From Chromatiales bacterium (GTDB lineage Bacteria; Pseudomonadota; Gammaproteobacteria; SZUA-152), in NCBI GenBank assembly GCA_026982555.1, contig JALSGT010000076.1, forward strand, positions 1,309 to 65,308: a DNA stretch of 64,000 bases, read 5' to 3'. A model generated the notes under the pieces. The model saw only the letters and a program-made list of their open reading frames with translations. It was not told where the DNA came from and made no database searches. Each line of letters begins with the position of its first letter. Position 1 is the stretch's first letter. A program made the translations under genes and the position numbers. Shown here piece by piece: positions 32,398 to 41,866 of this stretch.

Positions 32398-34569
32398 GTG
32401 TTTCTAATCCATGATCTGTGTACTCTGGTGGAAGGGTATCTTGAGCCGGATCAGGTAAAAGAAGTTTATCGGGCATATCTGTTTGGTGCCGAAGCCCACG
32501 AAGGCCAGCACCGCCTTAGCGGTGAACCCTACATTTACCATCCGCTCGCTGTGGCCAGAATCCTGGCCGAAATGCGTATGGACTACAACACGATCATCGC
32601 AGCGCTGTTGCATGATGTGATTGAAGATACCGAAACCGTCAGAGAAACCCTGGTGAGCAGCTTCAGCGAAGAAGTGGCTGCTTTGGTGGATGGGGTAACC
32701 AAACTGACCCAGGTCAAGTTTGGTAGCAAGGCTGAGGCACAGGCTGAAAACTTCCGCAAAATGATCCTCGCTATGGCGAAGGATATTCGTATCATCCTCA
32801 TTAAGCTGGCAGATCGCTTGCACAATATGCGCACGCTGGATGTGATGCGGCCTGATAAAAAGCGGCGTATTGCGCGTGAAACGCTGGAAATTTATGCACC
32901 TATTGCCAATCGCCTGGGCATGAAGAATATCTGCCTGGAGTTAGAGGATTTGTGTTTTGAGGCAATCTATCCGCTACGTTATCGGGTGCTGGACAAAGCG
33001 GTAAAACAGGCCCGGGGGCATCGCAAGGAAATTGTCGATAAAATCCGCATTGCCATTGAAGAGCGACTGCGCAGTGAAGGGCTGGATGTTCCGGTCATCG
33101 GCCGGGAAAAACATCTTTACAGCATTTATCAGAAAATGCGCAACAAAGTGTTAACGTTTAAAGAAATTGCCGATGTTTTTGCGTTCAGGCTGGTTGTTGA
33201 TAAGGTTGATACTTGTTATCGCGCATTAGGTGTCGTTCATAACTTGTATAAACCGATGCCGGGCCGGTTCAAGGATTATATTGCCATACCCAAGGCCAAT
33301 GGTTACCAGTCCCTGCATACTATTTTGTTCAGCCCCTACGGTATTCCCATTGAAGTTCAGATTCGCTCCGAAGAGATGCAGCGTGTGGCGGAAGCCGGTA
33401 TTGCTGCGCACTGGCTGTATAAAACCGGTGATGCTACACCGGTGCATGCCACTGAGTGGCTCAAGCGTTTATTGGAAATGCAGCAAAATGCGGGCAATTC
33501 TGAAGAATTTCTCGAAAATGCAAAAATCGATTTATTTCCCGATGAAGTGTATGTATTTACGCCGGAAGGCGACATCATGAATATTTCACGGGGTGCAACA
33601 GCGCTGGACTTTGCCTATGCGGTTCATACTGATGTGGGCAACACCTGTGTGTCGGTGATGATTGACCGACGCCTGTCGCCATTGCGCAGTGTATTGCTCA
33701 ATGGGCAAACGGTGGAAATTATTACTGCACCTGGCGCGAAACCAAACCCGGTTTGGCTGGATTTTGTGACGACAGGCAAAGCACGCGCCAACATACGCTA
33801 TTTTTTGAAGCACATGCAGCAGGATGAGGCGATCAGTCTGGGCAAACGGTTGTTGGAAAAAGCGATGGCAGCTATTTCGATTTCCTGGGATAAAATTTCA
33901 GCGGAGTCACAGCGTGAAATTCTGAATAACCTGAATGTAAAACAACTGGATGATCTTTACGAAGATGTCAGCTTAGGAAAACGAGTGGCATCGGTGGTTG
34001 CCCGACAAATTGCAGATATGCAATCAGGCAAATATTTGCGCAACCGGGAAGGTGCCGGTGTGAAAGGCATGTTTAACCGCTATGTGCCGGGCTGGATGAA
34101 AACGTCAGCCAGTCGCTCAGTCAATCAACCGCTGGCTATTCGTGGCACGGAAGGCTCTGTTGTCACTTATGCGAAATGTTGTCATCCGATTCCCGGTGAT
34201 CCAATTCTGGGTTTCGTGAGTGCGGGCAGGGGTATTGTGATACATCTGCGCGGCTGTAAAAATGTGGGTGAATTCAAAAACAGCCCGGAGCGCTGGGTGG
34301 ATGTACAATGGCAAAAAGATGTTGAGGGCTCTTACCCGGTGGACATTCGCGTGGATACGGCAAACCGGCGTGGTGTTTTGGCCACAGTGGCAGCGGTTAT
34401 TTCAGACCTTGAATCCAATATTGAAAATGTATCCATTACAGAACATGATGGTCGTTATTCTACGATGATATTTACTGTAACCGTAAAAGATCGTGTGCAT
34501 TTGGCGCAGTTGATGCGGCGTATAAAGGCCACCAGTGGTGTGGTGAAAATTGCGCGATCAAAATCATAA
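32398..34569 (+). CDS. spoT: Bifunctional (p)ppGpp synthetase/hydrolase
   Basis: HD domain (HDVIEDT), RelA/SpoT synthetase domain, and TGS and ACT domains. It lies downstream of rpoZ. GTG start. Confidence 0.93.
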   Translation: MFLIHDLCTLVEGYLEPDQVKEVYRAYLFGAEAHEGQHRLSGEPYIYHPLAVARILAEMRMDYNTIIAALLHDVIEDTETVRETLVSSFSEEVAALVDGVTKLTQVKFGSKAEAQAENFRKMILAMAKDIRIILIKLADRLHNMRTLDVMRPDKKRRIARETLEIYAPIANRLGMKNICLELEDLCFEAIYPLRYRVLDKAVKQARGHRKEIVDKIRIAIEERLRSEGLDVPVIGREKHLYSIYQKMRNKVLTFKEIADVFAFRLVVDKVDTCYRALGVVHNLYKPMPGRFKDYIAIPKANGYQSLHTILFSPYGIPIEVQIRSEEMQRVAEAGIAAHWLYKTGDATPVHATEWLKRLLEMQQNAGNSEEFLENAKIDLFPDEVYVFTPEGDIMNISRGATALDFAYAVHTDVGNTCVSVMIDRRLSPLRSVLLNGQTVEIITAPGAKPNPVWLDFVTTGKARANIRYFLKHMQQDEAISLGKRLLEKAMAAISISWDKISAESQREILNNLNVKQLDDLYEDVSLGKRVASVVARQIADMQSGKYLRNREGAGVKGMFNRYVPGWMKTSASRSVNQPLAIRGTEGSVVTYAKCCHPIPGDPILGFVSAGRGIVIHLRGCKNVGEFKNSPERWVDVQWQKDVEGSYPVDIRVDTANRRGVLATVAAVISDLESNIENVSITEHDGRYSTMIFTVTVKDRVHLAQLMRRIKATSGVVKIARSKS

Positions 34570-34586
34570 CAAAACAGGAGAAACTG

Positions 34587-34997
34587 ATGAGTCAGGCGAT
34601 TAATGCTGAAGCAAAAAAACGTGAAGCAATACACACCGATGCAGCACCCGGTGCCATTGGTACTTATTCACAAGCGATAAAGGTTGGCGATACTGTGTAC
34701 CTTTCGGGGCAGATTCCATTAGTGCCGGAAACCATGGAAGTGCTGGATGCGGATATGGCTGCGCAAATCCGTCTGGTGTTTGATAACCTGCAAGCGGTCA
34801 CTATGGCAGCAGGCGGCAGTCTGGCCGATATTGCCAAGTTAAATATTTTTCTTACGGATCTTTCTCATTTTGCACTGGTGAATGAAATAATGGCTGATTA
34901 TTTTCAGCAGCCCTATCCCGCGCGTGCTGCGGTGGGCGTTGCCAGCCTGCCCAAAGGTGTCCCGGTGGAGATGGACGCTATTATGGTGCTGACTTAA
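34587..34997 (+). CDS. ridA: RidA/YjgF-family reactive intermediate deaminase
   Basis: 136 aa with [11 protein letters not shown] and [12 protein letters not shown] motifs. Confidence 0.9.
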   Translation: MSQAINAEAKKREAIHTDAAPGAIGTYSQAIKVGDTVYLSGQIPLVPETMEVLDADMAAQIRLVFDNLQAVTMAAGGSLADIAKLNIFLTDLSHFALVNEIMADYFQQPYPARAAVGVASLPKGVPVEMDAIMVLT

Positions 34998-35389
34998 TTA
35001 TTGCGCGCACCTTGGTCAATCCACTGACGCAATGTCTGGATTTGCCCGTTGCTTAATGGTGTCTGGTTGCCGTGCGGCATATTAATGGAGGGGTTTGCAC
35101 GCCCTTCAACCAAAATAATCAAGGTGCTGGACAGGCTGTCTCCGGGTTTGATGACCGGTCCGAATTTGGTGCCTTGCAACAACGTTTCATAGCTCGATAA
35201 TCTCAAGCCGCTGGCAGCCGTACCTGCACCCTTTTCATCATGGCATTTCAGGCAATGCTGGGTGAGAATGGGTTGTATTTCCTTGGAAAAACTGACTTCG
35301 GTAACAGGAGCTGTGCTGTCACAACTGCTGAGCAGCAATACAACAGCGATAGCAGGTAATGTCAGATAGGTCGGTCGATATGGGTACAC
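34994..35389 (-). CDS. Small lipoprotein-like c-type cytochrome domain protein (PSCyt1-like)
   Basis: Lipobox LLSSC. The pattern [52 protein letters not shown] matches the planctomycete cytochrome C domain. Confidence 0.7.
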   Translation of the reverse strand: MYPYRPTYLTLPAIAVVLLLSSCDSTAPVTEVSFSKEIQPILTQHCLKCHDEKGAGTAASGLRLSSYETLLQGTKFGPVIKPGDSLSSTLIILVEGRANPSINMPHGNQTPLSNGQIQTLRQWIDQGARNN

Positions 35390-35574
35390 AAGGTGCCTCC
35401 GGCGGTTATCGATATGAAAGTATAGTCTCTAAATCCCTTAAATGACGGTACTCGCTATGGCGCGTTCACTTAACGCACGAAATTTAGTGGGTTTTTTTGG
35501 AGTTTGCGGTATGTTGAATAAGAATTGAAAATATTGATTTATACATGTATTTTAAATATAGTTTTATGGAGCCA

Positions 35575-35720
35575 GTGGCAATAGCGTGAAAAATGGTGAT
35601 AATCACGCATAATCCGGCGCGTGGCAGGACTCACGCATTAAGTGAAAAATGAGCCCGTTGTGATGATAAGCGTAACAGTGAGTTATCTTCCACTGTAAGC
35701 GGTCAGCTGCGGAATCCAGG
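35575..35720. mobile_element. Degenerate one-ended fragment of the same MITE family
   Basis: The right end TAAGCGGTCAGCTGCGGAATCCAGG (35696..35720) nearly matches the 8806 terminus. The interior is only loosely alignable, and I found no clean left terminus. Confidence 0.45.
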
Positions 35721-35750
35721 ACAATGATAGCGCTCAAGAGGAGTTTCTGA

Positions 35751-36512
35751 ATGTTGATAAAAGAGCACTGTAGCCATTTTTCCATGTTACCCATCGGCAT
35801 GCGAGTGATGTTTACCGGCACCCTGATTGTGCTGGGAGTGGGTTACCTGTTTGCCATGATTTATATTTTTGCTTCGCATGCAGGCCGGGATGGAAACCCG
35901 AATTTATCCGTGGATGATTTGATTATTGCCTACAGTGGCAGCAAGTCAGATACCCGTCTTGAGGGAGCCCTGAAGGGGCCCATGGCTAATATGCTGCCAC
36001 AGAATGAACGGGATGAGATTATTGCCTGGGTGCGTCGTGGGGCAGCGCAGGAAGAGTACGCAGCGAGTATTGAGCCGATTATAGAAAAGCGCTGCATGGT
36101 TTGTCACAACGGATCAAATCCGCATATAGCAAGTTTAAAAAAATATGAGGACATAATGTTAATGGCCGAATTGGATACGGGTATGGATATTTTTACTCTT
36201 GTACGTGTCTCGCACATCCACTTGTTTGGCATTACCTTTATTTTTTATATCGTGGGTTCAATTTTTTGCCATGCTTACATTAAGCCGGTCTGGGTCAAAT
36301 GCGCATTGATAGCGACGCCTTTTTTAGCCATTGTGCTGGATATCGGCTCCTGGTATCTCACTAAGGTTTATCCACCATTTGCGTGGGTAGTAATGGTGAG
36401 TGGTGCATTGATGGGTATTTCATTTGCCGTGCAGTGGGTAATTTCAATCTATCAGATGTGGTTTTACACATTGCCGGAAGACGTGCAGAAAAGTGGTGGA
36501 CATGTATCTTAA
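35751..36512 (+). CDS. Membrane protein with one CxxCH haem-binding motif (unknown family)
   Basis: N-terminal TM segment, a periplasmic-looking segment with CMVCH, then about 4 TM segments (HIHLFGITFIFYIVG). An AGGAG SD lies 7 nt upstream of the ATG. Confidence 0.65.
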   Translation: MLIKEHCSHFSMLPIGMRVMFTGTLIVLGVGYLFAMIYIFASHAGRDGNPNLSVDDLIIAYSGSKSDTRLEGALKGPMANMLPQNERDEIIAWVRRGAAQEEYAASIEPIIEKRCMVCHNGSNPHIASLKKYEDIMLMAELDTGMDIFTLVRVSHIHLFGITFIFYIVGSIFCHAYIKPVWVKCALIATPFLAIVLDIGSWYLTKVYPPFAWVVMVSGALMGISFAVQWVISIYQMWFYTLPEDVQKSGGHVS

Positions 36513-36583
36513 TAAATGTGTTTTATGTCAGTCGCAGAACTAAAGACAGTTAGAAAACCAGAGAAAACAAAAGGAGAGATAAA

Positions 36584-36904
36584 ATGAACGTATCCGTTAG
36601 TAGAGGACTTTTGTTGAGTTCAGCAATGTTGGCAACAGCGCTAATGTTGGGTAATGCGCATGCAGGCGACGCTGTTGCAGGCAAGGCAAAAAGTGCGACT
36701 TGTGCCGCTTGTCACGGTGTAAATGGCAAGAGTAGCATACCGACAAATCCGCACCTGGCAGGACAACAGGAATTGTATTTGGTTAAGGCTATCAAGGATT
36801 ATCGCGACGGCAAGCGTAAAGATCCGATGATGAGTACGATGGCCGCCAAGTTGAGTGATGCTGATATTGCTGATCTGGCTGCATTTTTTGCCAGTATAAA
36901 GTAG
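36584..36904 (+). CDS. Class I mono-haem cytochrome c (c-55x-like), periplasmic
   Basis: Signal peptide, CAACHG, and a distal Met region (DPMMSTMA). GGAGAG SD. Confidence 0.85.
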   Translation: MNVSVSRGLLLSSAMLATALMLGNAHAGDAVAGKAKSATCAACHGVNGKSSIPTNPHLAGQQELYLVKAIKDYRDGKRKDPMMSTMAAKLSDADIADLAAFFASIK

Positions 36905-37002
36905 GACGCTCAGGAAAAACGGTGAGCCGACGGCTCATCGTTTTTCTTAAATCCCCAAGGCCGTGTACAATCGCAGAGAATCCCTTCAGTGGATAAGCTG
37001 CC

Positions 37003-39123
37003 TTGAACGAACTCTCACCGATATCTGAAAACCCCCAGAGCCAATTATTGACCCGTTTAAAAGGAGTGGGTCCCAGTGTGCAGCAAAAGCTGGCCAATCT
37101 GGGTATTCATCGCATTGTCGATTTGTTATTCCATTTGCCCCTGCGTTATCAGGACCGTACCCGGACTGCCGCACTTGGCAGTTTGCGCAGTGGGGATGAA
37201 ATTACCGTGCGGGGTGAGGTGCAGCTCACTGAAATAAAATATGGCCGCCGTCGTATGTTGTTGTCACGAATTAGTGATGGGACGGGCTTTTTAACCTTGC
37301 GATTTTTTCATTTTAATGTACAGCAGCAGGCAAGCCTTGCGCGTGGAGCCCATGTGGAATGTTTTGGCGAGGTGCGGGCAGCAGGTGGCGCACTGGAAAT
37401 GGTGCATCCGGAATATCGCGTGGTGGAAGGTGATGCCGGGCTGATCAAAAAAGAGGCGCGTTTGACTCCCGTGTACCCGACCACAGAAGGCCTGCGCCAA
37501 TTAAAGTTGCGTACGCTGATTAACACGGTGTTGGCAGAACCTGCATTATTTGCTGCACAATTAACGGAATTTTTGCCCGCAGAAATATTGCGGCAGGAGA
37601 AAATGCCCACTCTGCAAGCCGCCATTCATTATGTGCATTATCCACCTGTGGATGCAGATGTTCATGAATTGCAGTCGGGCGAGCATCCCATGCAGCAGCG
37701 TCTTGCTTTTGAAGAATTGTTGGCACATCAGGTCAGTTTGCGTCAGTTGCGTCACCAGCAACAAAAAAAAGCAGCGGCGGCAATGTGCGTCAGTGGACAT
37801 TTAAAAGCAGCTTTAGCGAAAAATCTGCCATTCAAGTTAACCGCAGCTCAGCAACGAGTGGTTCATGAAATAAAACTGGACCTGGAGCAGTCGCACCCGA
37901 TGCAACGTCTGGTACAGGGTGATGTGGGCAGTGGTAAAACCATTGTTGCGGCAATGGCGGCTCTGCAAGTGGTGGAGGCGGGTTTTCAGGTGGCGGTAAT
38001 GGCTCCCACAGAATTGCTTGCTGAACAGCACCGTATCAATTTTACGCAGTGGTTATCCGCGTTGGGTGTATCCGTATTTTGGCTTTCCGGTAAAACAAAA
38101 GGAGCAGCGCGCAAAGACACTCTGGCAGCGATGAATGATGGCAGTGCGCAAGTGATTGTGGGTACTCAGGCTTTGTTTCAGGAAGGGGTGGAATTTAGAC
38201 AGCTCGGACTGGTGATTATTGATGAGCAGCATCGTTTTGGTGTGCATCAGCGTTTGTCATTGCGTAACAAGGGAGCGAGTGATGGTGTACATGGCGAAAG
38301 TTATCCGCATCAACTGGTGATGACCGCGACACCGATTCCGCGCACCCTGGCACAGACAGCTTACGCTGATCTGGAGGTGTCGGTTATTGATGAATTACCG
38401 CCAGGCCGTAGCCCGGTGGACACAGTGGTGGTTTCAGAGCAGCGGCGTGATGAAGTTGTGGCACGTACCCATAAGGCGTGTCAGGGTGGCCGGCAGGCTT
38501 ACTGGGTGTGTCCACTGGTGGAAGAATCTGAAAAGCTGCAATGTCAGGCTGCACAGGAAACGGCAGAAGTCTTACAAATGGCCTTGCCAGACTTGCGCAT
38601 TGGTTTGGTGCATGGTCGGCTTAAAGCGGCGGAAAAAGCCAAAGTGATGGCGGTATTCAAGGCGGGTGAGATTGATTTGCTGGTGGCCACTACGGTGATT
38701 GAGGTGGGTGTCGATGTGCCCAATGCGACGCTGATGATTATCGATAATGCAGAGCGCCTGGGATTATCACAATTACATCAGTTACGCGGTCGTGTCGGCC
38801 GGGGAACACAGCAGAGCAGTTGTGTGTTGCTTTATGGTTCGGCGTTATCAAAAACGGCCCGGGCGCGTTTGGCGATTTTACGGGAAAGCAATGACGGTTT
38901 TGTGGTGGCACAGCGGGATCTGGAAATTCGTGGCCCGGGCGAATTGCTGGGTACCCGGCAAACGGGGCTGGTCAATTTGCGTATTGCTGATTTCCAGCGG
39001 GATCAAGCATTGATCCCGCGTATTGCCCGGTGTGCTGAACTTTTGCTGAAAAAGCATCCTGAGAGCGTGGCTCCGTTGATGCGACGCTGGCTGGGTGATG
39101 GTCTGCAATACGGCAAGGTATGA
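37003..39123 (+). CDS. recG: ATP-dependent DNA helicase RecG
   Basis: Wedge domain, helicase motifs GDVGSGKT, DEQHRFG and QLHQLRGRVGRG. TTG start in the ORF track. Confidence 0.95.
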   Translation: MNELSPISENPQSQLLTRLKGVGPSVQQKLANLGIHRIVDLLFHLPLRYQDRTRTAALGSLRSGDEITVRGEVQLTEIKYGRRRMLLSRISDGTGFLTLRFFHFNVQQQASLARGAHVECFGEVRAAGGALEMVHPEYRVVEGDAGLIKKEARLTPVYPTTEGLRQLKLRTLINTVLAEPALFAAQLTEFLPAEILRQEKMPTLQAAIHYVHYPPVDADVHELQSGEHPMQQRLAFEELLAHQVSLRQLRHQQQKKAAAAMCVSGHLKAALAKNLPFKLTAAQQRVVHEIKLDLEQSHPMQRLVQGDVGSGKTIVAAMAALQVVEAGFQVAVMAPTELLAEQHRINFTQWLSALGVSVFWLSGKTKGAARKDTLAAMNDGSAQVIVGTQALFQEGVEFRQLGLVIIDEQHRFGVHQRLSLRNKGASDGVHGESYPHQLVMTATPIPRTLAQTAYADLEVSVIDELPPGRSPVDTVVVSEQRRDEVVARTHKACQGGRQAYWVCPLVEESEKLQCQAAQETAEVLQMALPDLRIGLVHGRLKAAEKAKVMAVFKAGEIDLLVATTVIEVGVDVPNATLMIIDNAERLGLSQLHQLRGRVGRGTQQSSCVLLYGSALSKTARARLAILRESNDGFVVAQRDLEIRGPGELLGTRQTGLVNLRIADFQRDQALIPRIARCAELLLKKHPESVAPLMRRWLGDGLQYGKV

Positions 39124-39240
39124 GCAAAAACACAAATGGGTTAACAAATGGGTTATAAGAAAAGAAAGGAAAAGTAAATGACGGGGCTGTTTTCTTGACT
39201 ATTCAAATGTCTGCGTCTAAACACTCAGTTGAATCATCAT

Positions 39241-39474
39241 CCTAGATTCCGCAGTTGAACGGCCTGTAGAGTGCGTTGAATTTTGTGGCTGGCAAGGCGC
39301 GATGAGGAGTAATAGCCTGCTATTGCGATGATTCGCAACGTGGCCAGACGCAAAAGGCAACGTGCTATACCGGTCGTAGCGACTCACTCAACAAGCGAAT
39401 GCGCCAAAACCACCCAACAAGCTATTTATCAAAATGTGAATACATCCTCGAAGCGGTCAACTGCGGAATCTAGG
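39241..39474. mobile_element. MITE, longest copy (234 bp)
   Basis: Perfect 18-nt terminal inverted repeats CCTAGATTCCGCAGTTGA/TCAACTGCGGAATCTAGG. The interior is shared with 8806..8967. The flanks are ATCAT/ATTAT. Confidence 0.8.
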
Positions 39475-39506
39475 ATTATTATCCCTCTCTGGTGATGATT
39501 TCGTTT

Positions 39507-39536
39507 AACGGCCTTTCCCCAAGGCCGTTTTTTTGT
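39507..39536 (+). terminator. Rho-independent terminator (recG side)
   Basis: 9-bp stem AACGGCCTT/AAGGCCGTT with a 5-nt loop, followed by a T-run. Confidence 0.7.
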
Positions 39537-39544
39537 CCGTCGAT

Positions 39545-39570
39545 TAAAAAACCCACCTCTTGGGTGGGTT
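39545..39570 (-). terminator. Rho-independent terminator of the Lys-rich protein gene
   Basis: Stem ACCCACC/GGTGGGT with an A-run on the + strand (a T-run on the - strand), about 25 nt after the stop at 39594. Confidence 0.7.
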
Positions 39571-39593
39571 CTTGTGTATTGTTCCGGCAGGGA

Positions 39594-40061
39594 TCAGGAA
39601 CTTACTTTTACTGCTCTTTTTTTCTTTCTCCGTTTTCTTTTTGGTTTATTCAGTGCTTTGTCAGCAGAGGCCAAAGCTTTGGTGTAGACCGCTGCACGTT
39701 TAGATACGATCTTAAGTGCGGACAGCTCTGCAATAGCCAGTGATTTTTCAGCGGTGATTTTGGCCGCCTCTTTTTTATTCACCGAAATGTCTTTCTCGAT
39801 ATTTTTGAGGGCTTTTCGGTTGGATGCACTGGAATCCTTGTTGAAAGCTGCTTTGGCTGCTTTCTTCTTTTTCATCAGGGTTGCCAGCTTTTTTGCGAGG
39901 CGCTTGGATTCAGCTAACAGTTTTTTCTTGTTTTTGGTTGTATCAATAACGGCTTTCGCCGTTGAGGCTGCCGCATCTGCCAAACTGGCAATGGCGTCAT
40001 CTACAGATTTTAGTGATTTATTGCTTGATACGCTGGTTCTGGATTTCTTTTTTACGGCCAT
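39594..40061 (-). CDS. Lys/Ala-rich coiled-coil basic protein (histone H1-like / phasin-like low-complexity protein)
   Basis: 155 aa with KKK runs at both ends (MAVKKKSR.. and ..KPKRKRRKKKRAVKVSS) and a helical A/K-rich middle. It has its own terminator. Confidence 0.65.
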   Translation of the reverse strand: MAVKKKSRTSVSSNKSLKSVDDAIASLADAAASTAKAVIDTTKNKKKLLAESKRLAKKLATLMKKKKAAKAAFNKDSSASNRKALKNIEKDISVNKKEAAKITAEKSLAIAELSALKIVSKRAAVYTKALASADKALNKPKRKRRKKKRAVKVSS

Positions 40062-40774
40062 GAGTAAAGTGCTCCTGTTTGATATAAAGCACGCATTTTG
40101 ACATTTCTTATAATTTAATGAAAGGGAGTGTTTAATTTAATGAAAAAGAGTATTTGCAGAGATTTACAGCGAAATTTTTGAATTGTAAAAATTTCAAAAG
40201 AATCGGGAATGCTTTCAACGGGAAAAGTTCGATATTCAAACTCGGAGCTGATTAAACTTTCCATGCAGTTTTATATGATTTTTAGCTGGCAGAGCATTAT
40301 TTTTGTTTTGTCGGAAAAATAGCATTATAGAAATAAGGATTAATGTGTGATTTTTTCATAATTTTTATCTGTGCAATTCATACTTTTATGAGTTATGGGT
40401 GCGTTAATGACAGATAATTTAGGGGTTATAGCGGGATTGAATAGGGATTATACGGATATTGTGCAGTTTTATAGATTGAAACAGGCGAATACAGAAAAGG
40501 ATAAGCTAATATTATATCCTTTTTGTAAACAGGGTTATTTTCCCGTGAGTTTGTAAGCTTTAGCTATACTGAAAGTCAAAAGTAAGCTGAGTGGTGACAA
40601 AACATCAGTTAAAATCCGGTGAATATGTCCGTAGTGATTGAGATTTCGATTTCACTGCACACCCTCTTTATATTGCCTGTATAGCTTCGTTGTAATTAAT
40701 ATTGCGCACACTAAAAACCTGAATTTCAAACGCTATGGGCAGAGTATATTTCCAAAATGGCCTTGATGGCGTAT

Positions 40775-41866
40775 CTAGGTTTCGCTAAAAATAATGATTG
40801 TCATGGTCTGGTTATGCAATTCATGTTTTGTACCGGGGGAAAATGGAGAAATTTCTCCGTAGGAATAAAAGCCAGTGAGGGTGGGGTGTGCTCCAAGCAT
40901 TTTCCGGATGCCTTCGACTTCTTGCTTTGGTTTTTGTCTGAGTGCCATTTTGCGCCTGACGCAGCTGATCAGCACGGCAAGTTCGGCAGGAGCTGTATTG
41001 AGCGCCGGCGGGCTGATTTCGGTTGTGGCTTTAATTACGGCTATTGTGTCATCCTCAGGCCGGTTAATATCTTCCTTTGCCAGGCTGGTGTCATTGTTCA
41101 CAGAGTGAAAATCCACTGGGGATTGTGTATCTGTAGCGGGCAGATGGGCAGCATGTCCGCCCAGGTGTGATTTGTAGAGCTCCAGAGCGGATTGCCCATC
41201 CATTTCATAGAGGGTGTTACTGTTGATGTGTGTGCCAGTATGCTCAGGTTCAGGGGAACGCCAGTTTCCCAGTGCGCTAAAGCCAATTTTGAGTTCTTTG
41301 CCATACAGCCCAACCAGTGTGACGACATGGGATTGTGCAGTATCCTGCCATAACACCAGAGTTTCTTCGAAACGACCCGCATCACCCGACAGTCCGCCTG
41401 TGATAGTGATGCCTGATGGAAGCTGCTCGCGCAATCCAGTGATGAGTTCATTGCTGTCGATATTAAGGCCGTCTGATAGCACGAAAACGTGCCGAAGCCC
41501 TTGGTGAGAAATGGTCTGAGCTAATTTTGTACCGCAGCGAAAACTGTCCTCTGAATTATTGATTCTGGCATATGTTGTTTGTAACCGGGTATGTTCAAAA
41601 TGGATAGCCGTTACGGATAAAGAGTTGTTCAGCACGGTAACATCAAAAATTTCGCCCGCTGTAGAGCAGCCACTGATAAGCGCGTTTGGATAAGCTTTCC
41701 GAATATTGCTGATGTGCCGCTTATTTTTTAGATGTTCAGTAGAGCCAAAGACCAGCACCCAATTGGCATCGGCGGCTAGCTTTCCCGGAATTTCAGGATT
41801 CCAGCCGGCAGATTGTGTCCACTGCATTTGTTCAATTTTCATTCCTGGATTATTCCTTGCTAACAT
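40775..41866 (-). CDS. Stand-alone FIST (FIST_N + FIST_C) sensory-domain protein
   Basis: The pattern WVLVFGS..ISGCSTAGEI..VTITGGLSGD..FYSYGEISP is typical of FIST proteins. There is no output domain. The start may be the second ATG at 41842. Confidence 0.75.
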   Translation of the reverse strand: MLARNNPGMKIEQMQWTQSAGWNPEIPGKLAADANWVLVFGSTEHLKNKRHISNIRKAYPNALISGCSTAGEIFDVTVLNNSLSVTAIHFEHTRLQTTYARINNSEDSFRCGTKLAQTISHQGLRHVFVLSDGLNIDSNELITGLREQLPSGITITGGLSGDAGRFEETLVLWQDTAQSHVVTLVGLYGKELKIGFSALGNWRSPEPEHTGTHINSNTLYEMDGQSALELYKSHLGGHAAHLPATDTQSPVDFHSVNNDTSLAKEDINRPEDDTIAVIKATTEISPPALNTAPAELAVLISCVRRKMALRQKPKQEVEGIRKMLGAHPTLTGFYSYGEISPFSPGTKHELHNQTMTIIIFSET

